Source: Verrucomicrobiota bacterium (GTDB lineage Bacteria > Verrucomicrobiota > Verrucomicrobiia > Limisphaerales > AAA164-E04). Taken from it: a stretch of DNA of 64,000 nt. The stretch's first letter is position 1. Each line of letters opens with the position of its first letter. Positions 58,119 through 64,000 of the stretch are shown here, piece by piece. The position numbers were made by a program, and so were the translations under genes. Location of the stretch: positions 5,024,001 to 5,088,000 of the forward strand of contig CP170459.1 of assembly GCA_047947115.1 (NCBI GenBank), read 5' to 3'. Under the pieces are notes generated by a model. The model saw nothing but the letters and a program-made list of their open reading frames with translations. It searched no databases and had not been told where the DNA came from.

Positions 58119-59141
58119 ATGATTCGACTGAAGGACATAGCCAAAGCGGGAAATGTTTCGGTCATGACCGTATCCAAAGTGATGCGGGATGCACCGGATA
58201 TATCCACTGCCACGAAGGAACGCATACGAAAGTTGGCCGATGACATGGGATACGTCCCGGACGTCACAGCCCGCGGATTGAGGAGCAGGAAGACGCGACT
58301 GCTCGGCCTGGTGATTTCGGCCGCCACCAACCCCATTTATGCGCGAGTCATGATGGCCATCGAGGAACGGGCCCACCGTGCGGGATATGACATCCTGTTT
58401 GCCCATTCCCTGAATGATCCGAAGCGGGAAGCAACCAGTATCAAGCGTTTTCTCGCCAGAAGAGTGGACGGCCTCTTCGTGTCGCCAGTCTATCGTCTCG
58501 AAGGCATGGCCCCCATCTACCAGGAAATCAATAAACACGGGACTCCCTGTGTGGTCCTGGGACACCGGGCTCCTTTTTGCCAAGAGTTTGCCAACGTGGA
58601 GACAGACAGTCTGCACGCCACCATGGAAGCAACCAAGCATTTGATCCGGCTCGGGCATCGGCGTATCGCATTTTTCTCGGGACCACTGGCAGCGCCCTGG
58701 GGGAAAGACCGGCTGGAAGGTTACCGACTTGCGCTGGCAGATGCTCGTATTCCCTGGGATGACCAACTGGTTTTCATGGCGGGAGGCACCATTGAGGAAG
58801 GAGCCAACACCGCAGCCAAAATGTTAACCGAGAATTCAAAGGCAACTGCCATCCAGGCTGTCAATGATCTGGTGGCAATCGGAGCCGCAGGACACTTGAT
58901 TCAGCAGGGCGTCCGTATCCCCCTGGAAATGTCAATCGTCGGATTTGGAAACATCCTGACCAGCGAACATTTCCAAATACCGCTCACCACCGTACGCCAG
59001 CCCAAAATGCGCCAGGGGGAAGCAGCGATGGACCTCATGGAATCCCTGTTACAGGGGGAACCTCCCAAATCGATCGTGATACCGGCGGAACTTGTCGTCC
59101 GATCCAGCACCGCTCCGCCCATGCCATCTAAAGTTGAATAG
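58119..59141 (+). CDS. LacI-family transcriptional regulator
   Basis: LKDIAKAGNVSVMTVSKV HTH, YVPDVTARGL, LTTVRQP, LVVRSST. Confidence 0.95.
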   Translation: MIRLKDIAKAGNVSVMTVSKVMRDAPDISTATKERIRKLADDMGYVPDVTARGLRSRKTRLLGLVISAATNPIYARVMMAIEERAHRAGYDILFAHSLNDPKREATSIKRFLARRVDGLFVSPVYRLEGMAPIYQEINKHGTPCVVLGHRAPFCQEFANVETDSLHATMEATKHLIRLGHRRIAFFSGPLAAPWGKDRLEGYRLALADARIPWDDQLVFMAGGTIEEGANTAAKMLTENSKATAIQAVNDLVAIGAAGHLIQQGVRIPLEMSIVGFGNILTSEHFQIPLTTVRQPKMRQGEAAMDLMESLLQGEPPKSIVIPAELVVRSSTAPPMPSKVE

Positions 59142-59223
59142 GCGGTTTCGCACGCTTGATTTAACAAGAAATGCCTAAACTGGAGCAAAATTAGTTTGGA
59201 AGAAGATGATCGGGACAAGTTGA

Positions 59224-60561
59224 ATGTGGGCCAGCTTCCACAATGTTGAAACACTGCTTATTGTCATGATGACTCGACTTTCTTTTTCGCTCAGGCAATC
59301 GATCCTCTGCCTCTGCGCCACCTTAGCAACGATTGCCAGCGTCGGCACGTCCTTCGCAAACGATGATTTCCAGGGAGCCACCCACATGATGCCGTTTGAA
59401 GAGGATACGATTGGTTACGGCGAACGTCAGGACACGAGTCTCATTGCCCGTTTACAGGAAGCCATCGACGCCGGGGAGGTCACATTGGACTTCAAGCATG
59501 ATGGTCAGGGATATCTTCTTTCCCTATTGGACCACTTGAATATTCCAACGGAATCACAGTTGCTGGTATTCTCGAAAACCTCCTTCCAACGCCATAAGAT
59601 TTCCCCTTCCACCCCCCGGGCGCTTTTTTTCGATGAAAACACCTATATCGGGTTTGTACAGGGATCCAATCTGCTGGAAATCACCGCAGTGGACAAGGAA
59701 CTCGGCGGCGTCTTCTACACTCTGGAACAGGATCCGGACAAGAAACCCAAATTTGTTAGAACCGACCAGTGTCTCGAATGCCACGCCTCTTCAAAAACCA
59801 TGGGGGTCCCCGGACACCTGGTGAGATCGTTTGAAGTCGATGAAATAGGCATTGTGGATCTGATCACCGGCACCAGCCAAGTCAACCATCGAACGCCCTT
59901 TGAGGATCGCTGGGGAGGCTGGTATGTGACCGGCGGACATGGCAAACAGATTCATCGAGGCAATCTATTTGGAAAAGCAGCGTTCGAGAAACAAAAGGAA
60001 TCTCCCAATTTCCGTGGAAATCTGGAGGATCTGAAAGAATTCTTCAACCCATCCCCCTACCCGCACGGCACCAGCGATATCGTTGCGCTGATGGTTATGG
60101 AACATCAGGGCCACATGCACAACTTCATCACCCGCATGCAGTATGAATCCCAGCTCATGCTCAACGCCTACGGACACCTGAAATATCTCAAACACAAAGT
60201 GGACGCCTTTTTGCGCTATCTTCTTTTTGTGGACGAAGCACCACTTACCGAAAAAGTCGGGGAAACTTCCGCCTACGCCAAGGTGTTCGCCGAAAAAGGT
60301 CCGAAGGATTCCAAAGGCAGATCACTGAGAGATTTCAATCTGGAAACGAGGTTGTTCGAACATCCATGCAGCTTCCTCATCTACAGCGAAGCCTTCCAAT
60401 CCTTGCCGAAAAAGCTGAAAGATGAAATCTACACAAAACTCTGGAAAATCCTGACCGGAGAAAACAATCAGCCCGAATTTGAGAAACTCACCGTGGAATC
60501 ACGCAAAGCCATCTATGGGATTTTGAAGGAAACCCTTTCGGACCTGCCTGACTTCTGGTAG
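59224..60561 (+). CDS. Exported hypothetical protein with a single CxxCH
   Basis: Signal peptide (likely start MMTRLS); SQLLVFSKTSFQ, CLECH, RWGGWYVTG, SDIVALMV. Confidence 0.78.
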   Translation: MWASFHNVETLLIVMMTRLSFSLRQSILCLCATLATIASVGTSFANDDFQGATHMMPFEEDTIGYGERQDTSLIARLQEAIDAGEVTLDFKHDGQGYLLSLLDHLNIPTESQLLVFSKTSFQRHKISPSTPRALFFDENTYIGFVQGSNLLEITAVDKELGGVFYTLEQDPDKKPKFVRTDQCLECHASSKTMGVPGHLVRSFEVDEIGIVDLITGTSQVNHRTPFEDRWGGWYVTGGHGKQIHRGNLFGKAAFEKQKESPNFRGNLEDLKEFFNPSPYPHGTSDIVALMVMEHQGHMHNFITRMQYESQLMLNAYGHLKYLKHKVDAFLRYLLFVDEAPLTEKVGETSAYAKVFAEKGPKDSKGRSLRDFNLETRLFEHPCSFLIYSEAFQSLPKKLKDEIYTKLWKILTGENNQPEFEKLTVESRKAIYGILKETLSDLPDFW

Positions 60562-60581
60562 CATATTGCCTGGAGCGCAAC

Positions 60582-61079
60582 ATGCAGGATACATCTCAAA
60601 CCGAATTTCACATCGAGCATATCTTCATCTCGGAAGGCCACAACTTTGTCGGTCACCACGGCAAACCACCTGGTACACACCCCATCAAGTCAGTCGAGGA
60701 AGTCGAGTGCAAAGCCGGCAGCGGACTCCTTGGAGATCGTTATTTCAATCACAAGGAAAACTACAAAGGCCAGATCACGTTCTTTGAAATGGAAGTATTC
60801 GAACGCCTTCAAAAAGAACTCAACATCTTTGACAAACCACCCTCCGCCTTTCGACGCAACGTCTTGACACGCGGCGTGGACCTTAACTCACTCATCGGGC
60901 AAACTTTCGAAATCCAGGGCATCCAATTTGAAGGTGTTGAAGAAAGCAAACCCTGCTACTGGATGGACCAAGCCTTTGGGCCAGCTACCGAGGAAGCCCT
61001 TAAAAACCACGGAGGACTCAGAGCGCGCATCCTCACCAACGGCACCCTGAAAGTCTCAACCAAGACCAATCAAAAGTAA
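60582..61079 (+). CDS. MOSC-domain protein
   Basis: GLLGDRY, QITF, FRRNVL, PCYWM, GGLRARIL. Confidence 0.88.
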   Translation: MQDTSQTEFHIEHIFISEGHNFVGHHGKPPGTHPIKSVEEVECKAGSGLLGDRYFNHKENYKGQITFFEMEVFERLQKELNIFDKPPSAFRRNVLTRGVDLNSLIGQTFEIQGIQFEGVEESKPCYWMDQAFGPATEEALKNHGGLRARILTNGTLKVSTKTNQK

Positions 61080-61308
61080 AACACACCTCTCCAACAGTTC
61101 CATAAGAACAGAATGCATTTATCGGAATCAATCGTAACACGAAATTCCCTGGCAGATTCGTCTGCCAGAACTTCGAAAACATCCTGAACCCGAAAGTGGC
61201 GTCCTGTTCACCGTTTTTGTGTAATCGAATTTTTGAACGCCCGGTTGAAGTTTTGGCGTGAATTGTTTGGTGGGGAATGATTGGTTTTGGACGGATGAAA
61301 CTCAATGT

Positions 61309-62325
61309 GTGGACAATAATCCACACATTGAGTTTCATCCCAGTGAATACGTCAACAATCCCGCCAACATTGCCCGCAATCGCCGGATGGTCGCCATTAA
61401 CAGTGCGCTCGAAGTCGATGTCACCGGCCAGATTGCGGCCGATTCGCTGGGAGGTAAACTTTACAGCGGAATCGGCGGCCAGGTGGATTTTATTCGAGGA
61501 GCGGGCATGAGTGAGGGAGGGCGACCAATTATTGCACTTCCATCAACAGCCAAGGGAGGCACCGTATCACGTATCGTTCCGACACTGACTCCCGGTTCAG
61601 GGGTGGTGACCTCGCGCGGCGATGTTCATTATGTGGTCACAGAATATGGCATCGCACCATTGCGGGGGAGATCTTTGCGGGAGAGGGCATTGGAGTTGAT
61701 TCAAGTGGCTCACCCTAAATTCCGGGAGGAACTTTTGGAACAGGTCATCCACTCCATGAAGGTTCCGGTTCATTCGGTGCCGGTCACGACGACAATCAAA
61801 GAATTAGGTGACGTCGATATGATCAAGCTGAAACTGGGTAACGGAAAGGATTATTTCCTGCGGCCACTGCGTCTTTCCGATCTGCACCGACTGCAGAACT
61901 TCTTCTAGACGCACACAAAAGAAACGCTGCTGCAACGCTATCGTCACATGCCAAAGTCGATGAGTGTCGAATCGGCTTACCATCTGGTCAACATTGAACA
62001 AACCAGGGACGTCGCACTTTGCATAGTGGAGTTTAAAGGACCCAGACAGGTCATTCGTGCAGTCGGTCGTTATTATCTCGACGAGTCCGGGGAAGCGGCC
62101 GAAACGGCCTTTGTTGTGAGCGAATCCAAGCGCAGCCTGGGCATGGCGCGGTCTCTGATGTCCCGGTTGGTTGCCATTGCCAAAGAACACAAGCTCAAGT
62201 CTCTTTATGCGCTGACCAGAAAAGACAACCGATCAATGAACGGAATTGCAAAAAAATTCGGATTCGTCAAGGCACCTTACGACGATCCGAATGAAAACTA
62301 TTTCGTCCTGAAGCTTCGAAAATGA
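61309..62325 (+). pseudogene. Acetyl-CoA hydrolase/transferase C-terminal domain + GNAT fusion, 5'-truncated with in-frame stop
   Basis: AINSALEVDVTGQ, SGIGGQVDFIRGA, VVTEYG; TAG at 61906-61908 in FF*THTKETLLQRY; the same frame continues into a GNAT domain. Confidence 0.85.
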
Positions 62326-63296
62326 GGCATCCATTACTCAACCGGTTTCCGGATCGTGAGAATGCATTCAAGGTTTTCTTTCATCCGGATTGTTTACTTC
62401 ACGAAGGACCTGCCGCTCACCCTGAGCAACCAGAGCGTTTGAAGGCGATTCTTGAGGGTTGCCTGCTGTTACCCAAAAGGACGCCGGTGTCTTTTGACAT
62501 TCCCCAACCGGCCGGTTTTGATCAATTGCTGGTACTCCATGATCAGCAATACCTGAACCGATTGGAGGAGGCACAGCATAAAACTAAGGTTTTCATGTCG
62601 CCTGATAACTACCTGTGTCAGGATTCCTTTGCGGCCATTCAAGCCTCTGCAGGTTGCGCCCTGGCATCAGGAGAATCACTGCTTGAAGGAGTGTCTTCAT
62701 TTGCCCTCACGCGACCTGCCGGGCATCACGCCATGCGTTCAACAGCGGAAGGGTTCTGTTTCATAAACAATGTCGCGTTGGCCACAGAAATCGTGAGGTG
62801 TTCCCGTCCAGGGGCAAAGTGCCTGATTGTTGATTTTGACGCCCACTACGGGAATGGCATTGACTACTTTTACAACCGTGATCCTCAAGTCCTTTACTAT
62901 TCCATTCATGCCGATCCGGATCAGATCTATCCTCATTGCGGATTCCCCGACGAAACAGGCAGAGACAAAGGACGTGGCACCAAGTGCAACGTTGTGGTGA
63001 ACACAGGAGTCACCGGGACACAATGGCTGAAAACTTTTCAGAAAACCCTCCTTGAGTTTGTGACAAAGAACACCCCCGACTTTCTGCTGGTCAGCGCCGG
63101 ATTCGATGCGCACAAGGAAGATCCACTCGGCCTGATGAGCTTGACAGACCGCCATTTTCTGAACGCCATCAACCTGCTGCTTGAAATCGCCGACGAGCAT
63201 TGTGACGGAATCAGCGCATGGTTTCTGGAGGGCGGCTACTCCATCCCGGTACTCAAACGAATAGTCCCCAAAGTCATTAAAAAACTGGCTCGGTGA
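62322..63296 (+). CDS. Histone deacetylase / AcuC-family deacetylase
   Basis: HPEQPERL, RPAGHHA, GFCFINN, DFDAHYGNG, SAGFDAH, LEGGY. Confidence 0.92.
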   Translation: MRHPLLNRFPDRENAFKVFFHPDCLLHEGPAAHPEQPERLKAILEGCLLLPKRTPVSFDIPQPAGFDQLLVLHDQQYLNRLEEAQHKTKVFMSPDNYLCQDSFAAIQASAGCALASGESLLEGVSSFALTRPAGHHAMRSTAEGFCFINNVALATEIVRCSRPGAKCLIVDFDAHYGNGIDYFYNRDPQVLYYSIHADPDQIYPHCGFPDETGRDKGRGTKCNVVVNTGVTGTQWLKTFQKTLLEFVTKNTPDFLLVSAGFDAHKEDPLGLMSLTDRHFLNAINLLLEIADEHCDGISAWFLEGGYSIPVLKRIVPKVIKKLAR

Positions 63297-63328
63297 CCCT
63301 TACGCTTTGACATACGATCTATCGCAAT

Positions 63329-63362
63329 CCTTTGTTGCAGCTTGTGAAGCATGCAACAAAGG
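63329..63362. terminator. Hairpin between convergent deacetylase and icd genes
   Basis: CCTTTGTTGCA ... TGCAACAAAGG 11-bp arms. Confidence 0.65.
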
Positions 63363-63384
63363 TTTTCGATGAGGATCAAACAAT

Positions 63385-64000
<616 letters not shown>

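Noticed and set aside
61906..61908. Pyrrolysine or programmed readthrough at the in-frame TAG
   Set aside because: The gene is also 5'-truncated, TAG ends other genes in this window, and no pyl genes are seen; a nonsense mutation is simpler.

Overview
Bacterial chromosomal window. Gene content (DUF1549/DUF1553 cytochrome protein, sulfatase, DUF4159, CRTAC1, YdjY, LamG protein with a C-terminal 'FRV' domain) points to the PVC superphylum, most likely Verrucomicrobia; this is an inference. Left to right: a 123-bp BIME/REP tandem array; DUF1553 gene; lnt-like gene; a GNAT gene split by an intact IS4-family element with TIRs and target duplication; arylsulfatase; a REP doublet; a frameshifted DUF4159 gene; a leader-peptide/terminator attenuator before an MFS efflux pump; a three-gene hydroxyproline catabolism operon; a 12-kb envelope locus (two prenyltransferase-like alpha/alpha-toroid exported proteins, YdjY, TPR, CRTAC1, bracketed by two paralogous 358-aa membrane-anchored helical-repeat proteins); a T2SS operon (gspE-F-G-H-I-J-K-L-M-C-D) with a candidate LamG substrate; mfd; a second reduced secretin/ATPase cluster; polyprenyl synthase, hydrolase, LacI, heme-c protein, MOSC; a decayed acetyl-CoA hydrolase-GNAT gene with a deacetylase; and the 3' end of monomeric icd. 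No rRNA, tRNA or CRISPR array was seen. The best candidates for undescribed biology are the toroid/YdjY/CRTAC1 locus coupled to the T2SS and the leader-peptide attenuator.
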